A stretch of DNA of 63,092 nucleotides, filler included, from Octopus bimaculoides (GCF_001194135.2; 6 parts of 6 records of this genome joined end to end with filler, not necessarily neighbours in it); one strand, 5' to 3'. Positions 39,150 to 52,609 are shown, numbered from the whole stretch's first letter. The notes: a model not told the origin generated them from the letters alone. Numbers and translations are program-made.

Positions 39150-40870
39150 GGAGATAAACGGGAAGAAATAATTTAGAAAGGCAGACTTGGTAAGATATAA
39201 TCGTGAATGGAGTTAGCCAAAGAAAGCCAACAAACAAAAATTGAGAAAGTGCCAAAATTTTAGTTATGTTCTTAAACAGCTACCCATGATATGCTGCTAA
39301 AATGTTATAACAAAATAATGGGTAATCCTGAGAAAGCTTCTTATCTTTTTGCATCATGTACAACACATCCTTTACCAAAATTAGCAGGAACAAATATTCC
39401 ATAGAAAATATTGTCCCGTCACCTTCTTCTCCATTTCTTCCAAAATTCTCACCTAAATCTTGACTGAGACAATCTACAAATTTATGGACGAAAAAATCCT
39501 CTTCTCCGTAATGAGCAGGCAAGTTACCGCCGTGGGTCACACGACAGTAAAGAACAATTTCTAGGTAACTGTACAAACCTGAAAGACTGTCTTAAAAAGC
39601 ACGGAATTTTGAGCACTATTTGGATAATTAATAAAGATGCGTCTAACAGTGTTTCCCGCTCATGGATTTTAATAAAATTTGAATGCCCTGAAAAATTTCC
39701 CAATATCAAACTTTTTAAAATACATGACTCTATTGAATACGAATCCAGCATTGTCACACATTGATGGAACTAATAGTTCCAGTAGCAAAAGCATTAATTG
39801 TGTTACTTTTCAAGTTGAATTGTTTTCCTCTCTTATATTTTTCATTGCTGTCATAATTCTGATTCAAGTGCTTAACAAAATTAAATATTGCTACAAAAGA
39901 AAGGGCGAAGCCATAAATCATGTTTTATGTGGATAGCTTGAAACTATGTCAAAAATTACAGCGAGTTGGAAGGGTTTTTGAAAGTAGTTAAGCTGTTCCG
40001 TGACGATGTTGGGAAAATGCGCGAAAGCAACATTCAAGAAACAGGCAGAATGCCAAGCACAAATTCAATGAAAATATATGTTGATGCAGTAATTAAAGAA
40101 CTGGAACAAGATCAAATCTACAAGTAGTTAGGGGTCAATGAAGGCGGAGGTTCACGTCATACCATTATAAAACAGAAAATCAGGAAGAAATGCCGTCTTG
40201 AAAACAAAGCTCAACTCAAACAATAAAATATCTTATATAAACGCTCTTGTAATCCCAGTTGTCACCTATAGTTGTAACATCATGAATTAGAACATAAGTG
40301 AAATATAGAAAATGGATACCAAAATCAGGTCACTTCTGAACTATAATAAACTACAGCACACAAAAGCAGATATGGAACGCCTCTATTTGCTTTGAAGTAA
40401 TAGTTAGCTGAATATTCCAGCATGAGCTGTCATGGAAAATATGCACTATTGGACTCGAGCAATAACTTAAAATTACGGATGACTGAATGCTGAAAATAGT
40501 TGCAAAGCATGAAACGAAGAAAATTAGACGTTCAGTGAAGGAAGTAATCGCAAAATTAGTGGAAGAATTGGGAAAATTAAGGTGATTTTACAATCAAGAG
40601 TGCAAAGAACTTCAACATGTAGGCAAAAAATCAAACTCAACGGAAACAGCGCTGAATGCGAACAAAAGCTATTACACAATCTGTATATCCTCCGTAGTAA
40701 AGAACCTGACATATACTAAACTCTCAACTGTCAGTGGCTGCGGAGTTCTGGACTAAAAGCAGACAGTGGGAGAATCATTTTGGCAGCACATGTCAAGTGC
40801 CTTTCAACGTACAACATTTGAGTGAATGTGATTAGAAACGGAGCTGACGCAAATGCCAGTTTTGTAATGA
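39150..40870 (+). mobile_element. highly decayed R4/Dong-like LINE RT core
   Basis: Remnants INHVLxxDSLKL (YMDDLKLY-like), KCAKATF, IKELEQDQIYK*LGVNEG, KTKLNSNNKISYINALVIPVVTYS, HTKADMERLYL, QWLRSSGLKA. Confidence 0.7.
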
Positions 40871-42891
40871 TTAAGCTGAGAGGATTGACTACTTTGTTTT
40901 GTTTCAGGCTGTAAATTATTGGCTAGCCAACTGTGTAATAGGGGGTTTAGTCAATCCACTCTATTAATTTTTCGGGGGGGGGGGGTGCTAATAGTTATTC
41001 TGTTATATTACTTGTTTCTAACTGCTTAAATTGCGGGAACTAAATCTAAATCTAGTTTTGAACCAATGTGATACAAACACAAAGTCATATATACACACAT
41101 TTAACATACACACATACATACTTACACTCACGCACACGTACGCGATGGCCTTCTAAACAGATCCCATCTACTGAATTTACTCACAAAGCGTTCGTCACCT
41201 TGGGGCTATAATAGAAAATACTCAATGTGCTGCATATTCAGACAGAGCAAAAACCACATTGTTGCAAAACGAGCTTACTCGGCCATACATGCTTGCATGT
41301 TCTTAACCATTCAAGTATGTCTCCACTCACTGCAGCATCTTTGGCAAGTGTCTTCTATCTAGCTTTGAGTCCACCTAATCTTTTTGAATGGAAATGCGTA
41401 GACCGTGACTATATAAAAGCTTATCGGATGGACTGTGACAAAAGTTTAAAGGTACTACCTAGAATGTCCATACCTGTGTCATATTGACTCGATCCGTGAA
41501 ATATGATATAGGTAATATGATATAAGTGCTTGAAATATGACGAAAGATCAAGTGCTTGAAAGTGTCGAAAGATCCATCATTATAAACCGGAGTGTTGTAT
41601 TAATGATATGACCTCCGGAGAGGTATGAATACATCTTGAACAATAGGTATAAGGACTACTTTTACCACATCATTTCATACCTGATTCGTACGTGTCATGT
41701 ATTTGATCAATTACAACCGATGAGGCTAAACAAAGAAGACCAAAAACAACGACAGTGTCGGACAACGGCAGTATCGGTATGTGACTGTCACATAGTCAGC
41801 CGTCACTCGTGAATGATAATAGCTTAATAAAATACATGTCTTAACGAATAGTTTTGGGCCCGTAGTACAGTCATAAATGATTATAGTCACTCTTGACTCT
41901 ACCTCAAACTTGACCTCGCATATCATCCAGCATGTGACATCTGGAGGAATGAGCGCTTCATCAGCGCCTTCTTGGTGCTCAATACCACTGGATACAGCGA
42001 CGCAATGTGAAAGGAAGTGCTCAAGGTTCCAATGCGTTGTATGTCACAGGAATTGAACTCCTGATTTTATCATCATGTGAGAATATATTGATAAGTAAGT
42101 CACTTGTCTTCACTCTTGTCTCGTACTGACGCTGTGTATAATTAAGCACTAACAATCTTCCATGAAACCAATGTCCTTGTTACTAAACGGCGAAATAATT
42201 ATTTTTGCGTGGTAAAGAGCTCAGGAGCGAGAGAAACACAGCAAACAAAGCAACGTTTTATTAGCACATACTCAGAGAGTTGAAACTGCAACGAGCTCGA
42301 CTTGCAATTTGAACCTTCGGGAATCGTTAGAGTCAAGCGGTTACAATCCACTCATACACGTTTATAGCCTGGTGTTATTCATTGTGATGAATCAATATTT
42401 AGTGAAAGGGTATGAAAGTCGTTCGTCACACTCTTGTGACATGATCACTGATCTCTGTCGCATCTATTGAATTATTGGATGATGGCATTTATTTATTTAT
42501 GCCTTTGTTTAGTTAATTTCCATTTCAATTTCTTTTATCTTTCTGATGACGTCAGAGTTGTTTGAATTGACATTTTCGGTAAATCAAAGGAAAACAAATT
42601 ATTTGTGGGAGTAAGTGACGTACATTCTATCTATTTAGATATAGAATTTGTTTTAAAAATTCGATAGATCTTTACACCCCCCACACATATGTTCATATAT
42701 ATAAATATAAATATATAGATATGNNNNNNNNNNNNNNNNNNNNNNNNNNNNNNNNNNNNNNNNNNNNNNNNNNNNNNNNNNNNNNNNNNNNNNNNNNNNN
42801 NNNNNNNNNNNNNNNNNNNNNNNNNNNNNNNNNNNNNNNNNNNNNNNNNNNNNNNNNNNNNNNNNNNNNNNNNNNNNNNNNNNNNNNNNNN

Positions 42892-42929
<38 letters not shown>

Positions 42930-43232
42930 GGTGGGTGTGTCTGTGTGCGTATACGTGTTTGTATGTATTTGAATATTACATACATAAAACATCTATAAGT
43001 ACGCGCGCGCGCACCTATACATATAATATATTTTCAATTGTGATATTTATTTTTCTACTAGTTTTGGTCACTAGACACTGGCCATACTAAGTACTGCTTT
43101 GAAGAGGTTAGTGGCACTTATTTTACGATCTCTATTGCTAGACATGAAAGGCACAACATAAATAATACCAGTTTTGAGATACTTGTAATGTAACATAACA
43201 AGTCACATACACAGTCTTCTATCTATCCATCC

Positions 43233-43292
<60 letters not shown>

Positions 43293-43350
43293 GTCTGTCT
43301 GTCTGTCTGTCCACATACGTATTTCTATCTACATATCTATCATCTATTTA

Positions 43351-43460
43351 TGTATGGTATCAAAAGGTTCCGAAACCAGTTAGGTTTAACAAAAAGTAAC
43401 TCGTTTTCCCAAGTGTTAACATCATCTTCTTCGAAATAGTCACCACGCGCAGCAATGCAA
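43351..43460 (-). mobile_element. mariner 3' end fragment, same type as 6599-7514
   Basis: TIR-like GGTATCAAAAGGTTCCGAAACC; CIAARGDYFEEDD on the minus strand. Confidence 0.7.
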
Positions 43461-43712
43461 CTCTTGGCCCCAAGAACTGGGAAGTAAATGCAAAATAAAA
43501 AAAAAGTTGGTGTTATACACTATAATGCTTACTCTGCATGGTTACCAAGATCAGTATTGTCGACTTAGAGTAGATCCTGACTGAGATGTTCTCATGCCAG
43601 CTAGAACAGGCTGCGATCAGTGCAGTGTCGCATGTAGAGACTTGCTCTTAATTGCGTTATACTGAAGATACGTACGTACATACATACATACATACATACA
43701 TACATACATACA

Positions 43713-43945
43713 TAAAGGAGAATCTGGATAAACAGGTATTTTCGGAAGGAGAAACTGACCTGCTGATTCGTACATTACTGTTCCAATCTGTGAGTGGAAC
43801 AGTAAAAATATACAAGTCTTTTCTCAAGTTCCAAATATGAATTTGTCAGTGTCAACTACATCCCAAAGTTGGAGCCTTGTATCTTTGTTGGCAACCGGCT
43901 CTCTCCTCAGTGGAAGATTTATAATAATTAAAAAATAGAAGAGAC
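43713..43945 (+). mobile_element. RLE LINE 3' end flanked by (TACA)n
   Basis: KENLDKQVFSEGETDLLIRTLLFQSVSGTVKIYKSFLKFQI*; UTR motif AACCGGCTCT shared with ~10455; (TACA)n at 43677-43712 and 43945-44080. Confidence 0.75.
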
Positions 43946-44310
43946 ATACATAAATACATACATACATACATACATACACGCATGCATACATAAATACATA
44001 CATACATACATACATACATACATAGATAAATACATACATGCATGCATGCATACATACATACATACATACATACATACATACTTAAACATACATGAAAACC
44101 ACATACAAACTTACACGCATACCCAGGTACACATACTATCCGGTGTGCGCAATTGAAGCAGTATTAAATTGAGATACATAACTTTTTATCATACTGGATG
44201 CATACACATCGGTCATTGCAAAATATTGCGATTTTTCGTCCAAGATAGAGTTACTTATGAACGGACTGTATTAAAAGCACATTATATATAAGAAGTGGCG
44301 AAAAATTAAC

Positions 44311-44443
44311 CTGGCAGCAACTAACGACTGCGACAGATGCATTTCGGTCTCCTCATGCTTTATCAATGATTTGTATCCACAGCTACTTTCCCAGACTGAA
44401 TTTGAGCTCAACGATATATGGGAAACAATGAATAATACATTCA
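44311..44443 (-). CDS. weak candidate exon, phase-compatible with 50525-50744
   Basis: TTTTCAG acceptor and CAG|GTTAAT donor; open frame NVLFIVSHISLSSNSVWESSCGYKSLIKHEETEMHLSQSLVAA; begins in phase 1, matching the end phase of the upstream candidate. Confidence 0.3.
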
Positions 44444-46126
44444 CTGAAAATATATTCGTATTTTGGAGAGTTTTGGTTTTCAGAATGTCAGATGGAGGTG
44501 TATTAATTGTTTTTGTCTCTCTGTCTCTCAGTCTGTTTGACTATCTGTCTGTCATATATATAAATATGTATATGTGAATATCTATATGTATATATATGCG
44601 AACATACGTATATAATGATTCTTTTTAGGCATGTTGATACTAATAAACAGTTGTTAGGACTCAATATAGTTATGATCTATAAATAAGGCGGCAAGAAAGC
44701 TGAATTGCTAGCACACCGGATAAAATGCCAAGCAGCATTTCTTCCGTCTTTATATTCTGAGTTCAAATGTCACCGGGGGTCGACTTTGCTTTTCCTCCTT
44801 TCGAGGATCAATACATTAATGACATTGCTGGCTTTGAGCCAAAATTTGAAACCGATCTAATTATGTTTTATAGTAAGCCATCAGATCAGTATGAAGCCTA
44901 ACATTAGCTAAGGAATGAGACAAGAACAATATTTATGTAATCGCTTTCATTAACTTGTTATTTCTGATTTAAGTGATTTAAGTGATTTAAGTAAGCGTGT
45001 ATTTGGAGTTGAATTCTCATGCAACATCTTTTAGCTTCAATGTAATAATTTAAATGAAGTTTGTTGATATTGCGGCAAGCATTTATGCATACAGAAGTTA
45101 ATAAATGTAAAGTTATAAATAATATAACACAGTTTGGTTGATGTGAGGAGGAAATCACCTTGCCTGTACATAAATATTTCGAATTTATAAATATTTTATA
45201 TTCATGTGTGTGGGAGGTACCTTACGTCTTCAAACCAACTAAATTGGTTTATTTCATTTATTGTTCAGTATGTATCCATCTCTATATATTTAAATGCTTT
45301 GCGCAATAAAGATACACTTCATTTAAATGCGTCAATGAAACTGTAAGATGTCGCATGAGCACTCAGATCTAAGTGCATGCGTACCTGTTGCAGAAACAGC
45401 TATGCGCTAATGGAAGTAATTACGTATCTCCTGATGTCTTATTGATTTACACACACACACATGCATGCATGCGTGTATGCTTGTATGTTTGTATGTATAT
45501 ATATATATACAGACATACACATATACTCATACACAAATATATAAATATAAGTAATTCCTGCGATTACACACGACTTCATGTGTGAAATGCTACCGTGCAA
45601 TGATCGACTATTCTCATCAAGGTATGCCTCGGTGTAGGCGCAGTCTGTTATAAGTTTTCAATGATAGAAAACCACAAAATAAAATAAAATAAAATAAAAT
45701 AGAAAAGTACCAATATATATTACATGTAATAGACGCTATTTTAAATGCGATGCTATCTATCAGACTGGTCCACTCCCCAGATGGTTTAGCTCACCTAATC
45801 TTGATTTATTAACTCTCTGATATTCTTATACAATTTGTTAAAATAAATAAATTGTTGCCTACAATCATGTCCACTTCTACCAATGCTACAAATTTATTCA
45901 GTGCTGAGATTAAAGAGAAAATGCCTCATCACATCCAACTTCGAGAAAGAGCCATTGTTATTGGCTGTCGCAATAACCATGAACTCGATTATGGTTCCCT
46001 GATGCTTTACACACTCAAGTCTTTACCTATAAACTAAATAGCCTGACACAGCTACTCAACAACTTGTCTCAGAACTGACCGTCTTTTTCACAGACATCGG
46101 ACTTATCAGTTTCATTCCTATATTTA

Positions 46127-46526
46127 CCGTATATACTCGACTATAAAACGCCCTCCCGACTTACAAGGTTCAAATCGGGAATTTTATCATTGACCTGACT
46201 ATAAGTCGCAGCGACTTTTTTGATGTTCGAGAGCAAAGTTTAATTCGGAATCGCGCCGACATAGTTGCTGTTTGGTAACCGAGCTTTCATTAAACTGAAG
46301 ATGACTTACAACAACTGTTATCCCATTAAGTCCATGCATTTAAAAACCGTTGTTTATAACGTAAAATTTCATCCTATTCGGTTACACCAAGTGCCGGGAG
46401 TCAGACGTGGCTTGCACCTGGAAAATTTCTGAAGATCTGTTTATAGGATGCACTTTTAAGTCGCACCCCAACTTTAGGTGAACATTTCACGGGAAAAAAG
46501 TGTGATTTATAGCCGATTATACACGG
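46127..46526. mobile_element. Tc2/pogo-type MITE with TA TSD
   Basis: TA|CCGTATATACTCGACTATAA ... TTATAGCCGATTATACACGG|TA. Confidence 0.85.
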
Positions 46527-46719
46527 TACTTAGAATGATCGTCGTTGGATCGTGAGATGAAAGTTGATATCGTACATTATTTTTTATAGAATTGTCTTTA
46601 TTTATTACAAATTTCTGTCTACAAACCTTCCACTGTTACTACAATTCTGACCAAATTTCGAACTAATGTCTTTGACAGTCCACTCGACTCACCCTTGTAC
46701 TAAAACAAAACACAACATT

Positions 46720-47150
46720 AAAAATAGCTGAACATTTCCATTGGGAGCAGTCCAAACAAGCATCACAACTATTCACCGTCAATCAGTTATTAACCTCCAA
46801 TCATACAATTTCTTGTTTCTTGTTCATAACATCTTTCATGGCTTCTTGTTCTCTTCCACACTTCTCGTCAGGATGGTCTTGCACAATGACACATGTCCAC
46901 AATTTTGTAGCATTTTGAACTTGTTGCTCGACAACTGAAATCTCTGAAATGTTCAGTTTTTCTGGTAGTGCAGCGTCTGTTATTTTATGTAGCTCGTCTT
47001 TCCCCATCTCTGACAGATCCATATCTTAAAGGCACCTCTCTTCTTTTACGTTTCTCCGTACATTCTCCAAGTTTCTGCATTGCAGAGGACGTTTGGTATA
47101 AAATAACGGTTTACTAGCCCCACTGTTTGGTGATGCTATGCATTTTCTGC
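46720..47150 (-). mobile_element. decayed RTE-clade LINE RT tail
   Basis: LVNRYFIPNVLCNAETW...AFKIWICQRW...GHV. Confidence 0.65.
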
Positions 47151-47532
47151 TTCTTTTATCTTTAGATCAACCGCTACAGAGCGACTTTCTTAAGTTATTT
47201 GTCCTATAAATATATACACATAGAAAAATAAATATTTGAAACCGTATGCAATATTTAAAAATAAAGAAACAAATATTTAATCAAGTTGTGAAAAAAAAAT
47301 AGTACAAACAAGTCACATATTCTTCAGTTGATGAGAATTTAATAATCCAGAACTTACGACAATATTCTTATTATATTTTCACAGCGAAATTAAATATTTG
47401 TTTACCGAAAAATTGCATGTTTGAGATATGTATTTATTGGAAGCAATTTTATGCTGCTTTTTTTAGTATACACACGGCATTCACACATACATACATACAT
47501 ACATACATACATACATACATACATACATACAC

Positions 47533-47576
<44 letters not shown>

Positions 47577-47895
47577 TTAAAAAAAAGACAAAAACAATAA
47601 CAAAAACAACAACATGAGGACGTGATACGGATAGTGTTATTAGACGCTCGGGAAAGGAAAGAGTATATATATATATGTATGTATGTATATATATATGTAT
47701 CCGGTGATGCCTCAGATTGACTGCACCTTTGAAGATGAAACATGTTAAAGATTTAAGATAGATATATATCTATATAATTTTACTCTTTTACTTGCTTCAA
47801 TCATGTAACTGCGGCCATGCTGGAGCATGACCTTATATAAATAATAAGGACAACTTGTTCGCAATTTTATAACCAAAAGACGGAAAAATATATAT

Positions 47896-48125
47896 CACTA
47901 TAGTGACTGAGGGCGTTAGTCAGCACCAATATTGCTATAAATAGGAGTTAAAACAACTCATAGACACGAGAAGCACTTACCTTAATGACTGACACATCAC
48001 AGTGATTTCATACCCCTTGCCTCTCTTCTCTGTCACTAATATAAGTGCTTCTCGTGGCTATGAGTTGTTTTAACTCTTATTTCTAGCAATACTGGTACCG
48101 ACTAGCGCCCTCACTAACTTTAGTG
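47896..48125. mobile_element. fold-back MITE with ~85-bp arms, CACTA...TAGTG termini, in a (TA)n site
   Basis: Left CACTATAGTGACTGAGGGCGTTAGTCAGCACCAATATTGCTATAAATAGGAGTTAAAACAACTCATAGACACGAGAAGCACTTA versus revcomp of right CACTAAAGTTAGTGAGGGCGCTAGTCGGTACCAGTATTGCTAGAAATAAGAGTTAAAACAACTCATAGCCACGAGAAGCACTTA. Confidence 0.9.
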
Positions 48126-48318
48126 ATATATATATACGTATGTATGTATATATGTATATGCTTAATATTTTAGGCTAACGGGTATATGTCGATTAGTGTG
48201 TTGAAGTGTTTAGCAGAGCACTGGCAGAGTTTGGCCTACCTGGTGTCGTCCGTAGTCGGGGTATATTACTTGCTCGGTCTACTTCAGGAACCCTGCAGTG
48301 TTAGTTGAGATAATAATA

Positions 48319-48673
48319 ATAATTTCTTAAGTAACCAGATCATGGTTTTGGTATTAATTTTTATTTCGTACAACGGTCGTTTCGACCCTTCCTGCTACTG
48401 TTCCTTATGGGTGGGACTCCATTCAGCATGTTGCGTTGCATCCATTTTGTATTCTTGTTCTCATTCATATGTAGTTGCGTCTTGCTAAAAATCCTGAGTT
48501 TTGGCTGTCATGTTGTTATATGCCCGTCAGATGAGACCCAGACTGCAAAATAGATGCATCACATGTTGAATGGAGTCCCACACATAAGGGACAAAGCAGG
48601 ATGGGTCGAAACAACCATAGTACGAAATAAAGATTAATATCAAATCTGTTTTTCGGTTACTTCAGGAATTATT
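48319..48673. mobile_element. fold-back MITE with ~125-bp imperfect arms
   Basis: Left AAGTAACC..TATTAAT.TTTATTTCGTAC..GGT.GTTTCGACCC.TCCTGCT..CCTTATG.GTGGGACTCCATTCA.CATG..TGCATC.ATTTTG is mirrored at 48545-48670. Confidence 0.88.
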
Positions 48674-48709
48674 ATATATAGACACACACACATAAATATA
48701 TATATATTA

Positions 48710-48960
48710 TTCTTTTACTCCTTCATTTGTTTCAGTCATTTGACTGCGACCATGCTGGAGCACCACCTTTTTAGTGGAATAAATTGGCGCCAGAACCTCT
48801 TCTTTGTAAGCCTAGTATTTATTCTATCGATTCTTTTCGCCGAACTGCTAGTTTACGGGGACCGACGTAAACACACCAGCATCGGTTGTCAAGCAATGGT
48901 GGTGGTGGGGGGTACAAACACAGACACACAAAGATATCCATATACATACACACACACGCA

Positions 48961-49023
<63 letters not shown>

Positions 49024-49170
49024 GACGGGCTTCTTTCAGTTTCTGTCAACCAAATCTACTCATAAAGCGTTGGTCGGACCGGTGCTATAGTAGAAGAGTT
49101 GCCCAAGGTGTCACGTAGTGAGACTGAACCCAGAACCATTTGGTTGGTAAGCAAGCTACTTACCACATTT
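48710..49170 (-). mobile_element. SINE family A, nearly full length
   Basis: Reverse complement of the family A head, central box and tail. Confidence 0.9.
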
Positions 49171-49239
49171 ACCAAATTTACAGAAAAACAAAAGAGCAAG
49201 ACGAAGACAGGTGTATAAAGAACAAGCAGGTGTATCAGT

Positions 49240-49900
49240 TTGACGCTCGGGAAGGTGAGAAATTCTTGTACGTGTTTCGAACCTACGCTCTTCAACAGAA
49301 AGCAACACGATCAAATAAATAGAGAGAGAAACAGTAACTTCGGAGAAAACAGGTGAGTCGTCAGAGCACGAATAATTTGTGGTAGGAATAAAGTTACTCT
49401 GTGCATCACTACAAGTGGTAACAAAAGATTTATGATTCGGTCTGGTGGGTTGTAATCAAGGAATGTAGATATTTGAGAAGTGTCTGGTGCAGACATTTGG
49501 GATTGAAGACTATCAGGATTACTAATGGAAAGAGTCGGATAAAATGGTATAAACCTTGTTGCGTTAATGGGCAGTAGCACTTGTCTAGCCTGTTAAAACT
49601 ATACATAAAGAAGATACATGGTATTAATGCACTAGAGATTTGCAGTGGGTTCCTGATAGTAATCTTTGGCAATTAAATCACTGATTTGTCCTTGTCTGGA
49701 AACTATTGTATACGTTGGACACAAGTGTATTGGAGCAGTTATCTACCTTTTGTTTTGTGCACACTTGTTTCTTGGATTGATGAAGATTCTGTACCCTAAG
49801 AAGGTTTGGTCCTAATGATGGTAATATACACAATGTTTTGACGCCCATTCCTATTTCCATAACAACTTTATACCACGATGCAATGTATTATGACTCCCGT
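49240..49900 (-). mobile_element. probable decayed Penelope-like tail with a degenerate hammerhead at 49265-49302
   Basis: Minus strand CTTT-CTGTTGA-A-GAGC-GTAG-GTTC-GAAAC-AC-GTA-CAAG, followed by the TTCCCGAGCGTC motif shared with the 17.9k and 62.2k repeats. Upstream coding similarity is weak. Confidence 0.45.
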
Positions 49901-50524
49901 TTTAGGCAATAGACTTTTGCTACTGACCTCTATCCATTATAAAGTCTGCAGAATATGATTTGGTACTCATTGAATTTGAAAATGTATATAATTTGCGTTC
50001 ATTATCTCACACTATAAAAATCAGTGGTGTAATTTTTATAATTCAAAAGATTAATGTTCTGTTTCATATATTTTAAATGTTTCTAATTAGAATTAGTCTG
50101 GGGGAAAGCTAATGACTGTATAAACGTTTTCAGACAATACTGGTGATCATCGAATACTGTGTGGACTAAATATAAGATGAAAGCTTTAGTTAAGAATTAT
50201 TCATGAGACTGTAAAATATCCAAATTTTCTTCTGCGATACTAGAGCTAGAAAGCTATAAACGATGACTTTTATGATGATCTTCATTTCAACTAATGTATA
50301 CTATAATAGTTCGTAAAGCTCTTCTCCATTTTGTTTTTAAATTTTAACCCCTCAACATTAAATACACACTACAATGTGTCATTGTTAACTTAAATTTTAT
50401 GTTATACAAAAACTATAAGTTGCTAACCAAGACAATCCTTTAATTTCTTTTTTGAAGAAAATTTCACCGTATGCGACCTCACTATTCCAAGACGCTCGTA
50501 AACAGAAAAGCTTGTATTATTTAC

Positions 50525-50744
50525 TACGGGAAATCATTTGAACTCGCAACCCCAAGTTGCTGTTAGATGGACAGTTTACAGTAAGATCGAATATGAGTAG
50601 AGTGACCTGATTGCTGAGGCAGTACAGTGCAATTGACACGTCACTAAATGCAGACCCACCAGTGAGCTCTTTGGTGTACATCAACCCGGTAACATAAGTC
50701 ACTCTCTGGCTCCTATTAATGGATTGTGTAATTCTTACAATAAC
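50525..50744 (-). CDS. probable internal coding exon (phase 0 to 1) of an unidentified beta-rich protein
   Basis: TTTTGTTTCAG acceptor and GTAAAT donor; only one open frame, VIVRITQSINRSQRVTYVTGLMYTKELTGGSAFSDVSIALYCLSNQVTLLIFDLTVNCPSNSNLGLRVQMISR; GC-richer island within very AT-rich unique DNA. Confidence 0.65.
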
Positions 50745-51271
50745 CTGAAACAAAAGCTACTAAAATGCTACATATCTCGAATGAAATTGAACAGAATGAA
50801 TGACATAAAGTAGTTTTAGAATAAGTCACTAATAAGAAATCATAGTAAATTATTCTATATTTATAAAAAATCTAATAAATAAGGAATCAAAGCTTAAATT
50901 GTCGATATCATTATGAAGAATCTAAAAATTACATGCACATAAATTTCCGATAAACTGAAGTACTTATGCGAATTAAAGAAGTAAAATCATTTTTCGTAAG
51001 GTAGTGTAGAATAAACAACGAAAACATGTAAAAAACAGTTTATCCTCGTGTAGTAAAGAGAAAAAAATTCTAAAACATTCCATATATGTACAAAATATCA
51101 TTCTGATGATAACGAAGAATGCTTAGAAAACTAAATATTATTGAGAGAAGAAATAGTACAAAAAATACAAATGATCAAATGAACATTTTTATGAATTCAG
51201 CAAAATAAAACTGACCAAAAATGCAATTGAAGAATTTTAGTTACAGAAAACAGAAACTCGTACACAAACTT

Positions 51272-51325
<54 letters not shown>

Positions 51326-52048
51326 GTTTGTGTGTGTGTGTGTAGATAGCTTCATGCATACATACATATATAGGCTACATATACGTATATGTATATACAA
51401 ATATGCACACATATAAGCTCATGCATATATACATCTTCATATATACACTAAATAACACGCACAACCACGCGCACACACACTTAAGTACAAAAATATTTTG
51501 TCTAACAGTCTCTCTCTCTTTCTCTCCCCGCCCTATCTCTGTGGCTTCCTTTCTGATGAAGAAAAGATAATTCGGAAGTGCCTCATATTTTAGTATTTCT
51601 TTCCTTGTCACATTCAACATGAAAGAAATACAGCTCTCATCGTCATATTCGCTATCTGTAATATATATGTATATGTGTGCGTGTGTGTCTGTGTGTAAAA
51701 TAAAAGGCGAAATGGTATTAAGACTGCATCATAAAAAAGCGATAAATATTTATATTTTTATCAAAAGATGCTACCGGTTTCAATGGTGAATACAACACAG
51801 AAAGATGATAATGATTTGAATTAAATTAAAAACTGCTTTGATGAAATATTAATTTAATTCAGCTCATTTTCCCTCTTCCTATTTAGCACATTGTCTTAAC
51901 CATTGTGGCCAGTAACATCCTTTTGAGAAGAATGTAAATATTTTCTTACACTATATGATTATGTCCTCATAACATTTTCTCTGTTTGTTTTTAAAATAAC
52001 GTAACTCATAAGAGACTTCCTTCGAAACCTTTTGAATGTATACATACA

Positions 52049-52111
<63 letters not shown>

Positions 52112-52212
52112 NNNNNNNNNNNNNNNNNNNNNNNNNNNNNNNNNNNNNNNNNNNNTTAATTAATTAANNNNNNNNNNNNNNNNNNNNNNNNNNNNNNNNN
52201 NNNNNNNNNNNT

Positions 52213-52382
52213 ATATACGACAGGCTTCTTTCAGTTTCCGTCTACCAAATTCACTCACAAGGCTTTGGTCGGCCCGAGGCTTCAGTAGAAGACACTTGCC
52301 CAAGGTGCCACGCAGTGGGACTGAACCCTGAACCATGTGGTTGGTAAGCAAGTTACTTACCACACAGCCACTCCTGCGCCTA
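52213..52382 (-). mobile_element. SINE family A, 5' half, near-consensus
   Basis: Minus strand AGGCGCAGGAGTGGCTGTGTGGTAAGTAACTTGCTTACCAACCACATGGTTCAGGGTTCAGTCCC. Confidence 0.92.
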
Positions 52383-52609
52383 TACATATAATTATTTTAC
52401 AAAATATTTTTATAAAATCATTCTAAGAAAAGTTTCATTGATAAAAGTCGTTTCGATAATAAGTCGTCCAATGAGGTGTAGTTCGACAAAAAGTTATTCA
52501 ATAAAAAATCGTCATACCTCAGGTCATAGTATAGTAACAAAACAGCAAAAGTTAGAGATTCTTATGCAAAAGAAGGGTATGAAAAGAGTGTTTCTATAAG
52601 TTGTGACAT

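Noticed and set aside
48240-48292. Minus-strand 53-bp exon candidate (VPEVDRASNIPRLRTTP)
   Set aside because: The branch-like motif is too close to the AG, and the only open frame is phase-incompatible with the upstream exon.
51103-51135. CTGATGA...GAAAAC motif
   Set aside because: Stems are short, AT-only and at chance level for this composition.
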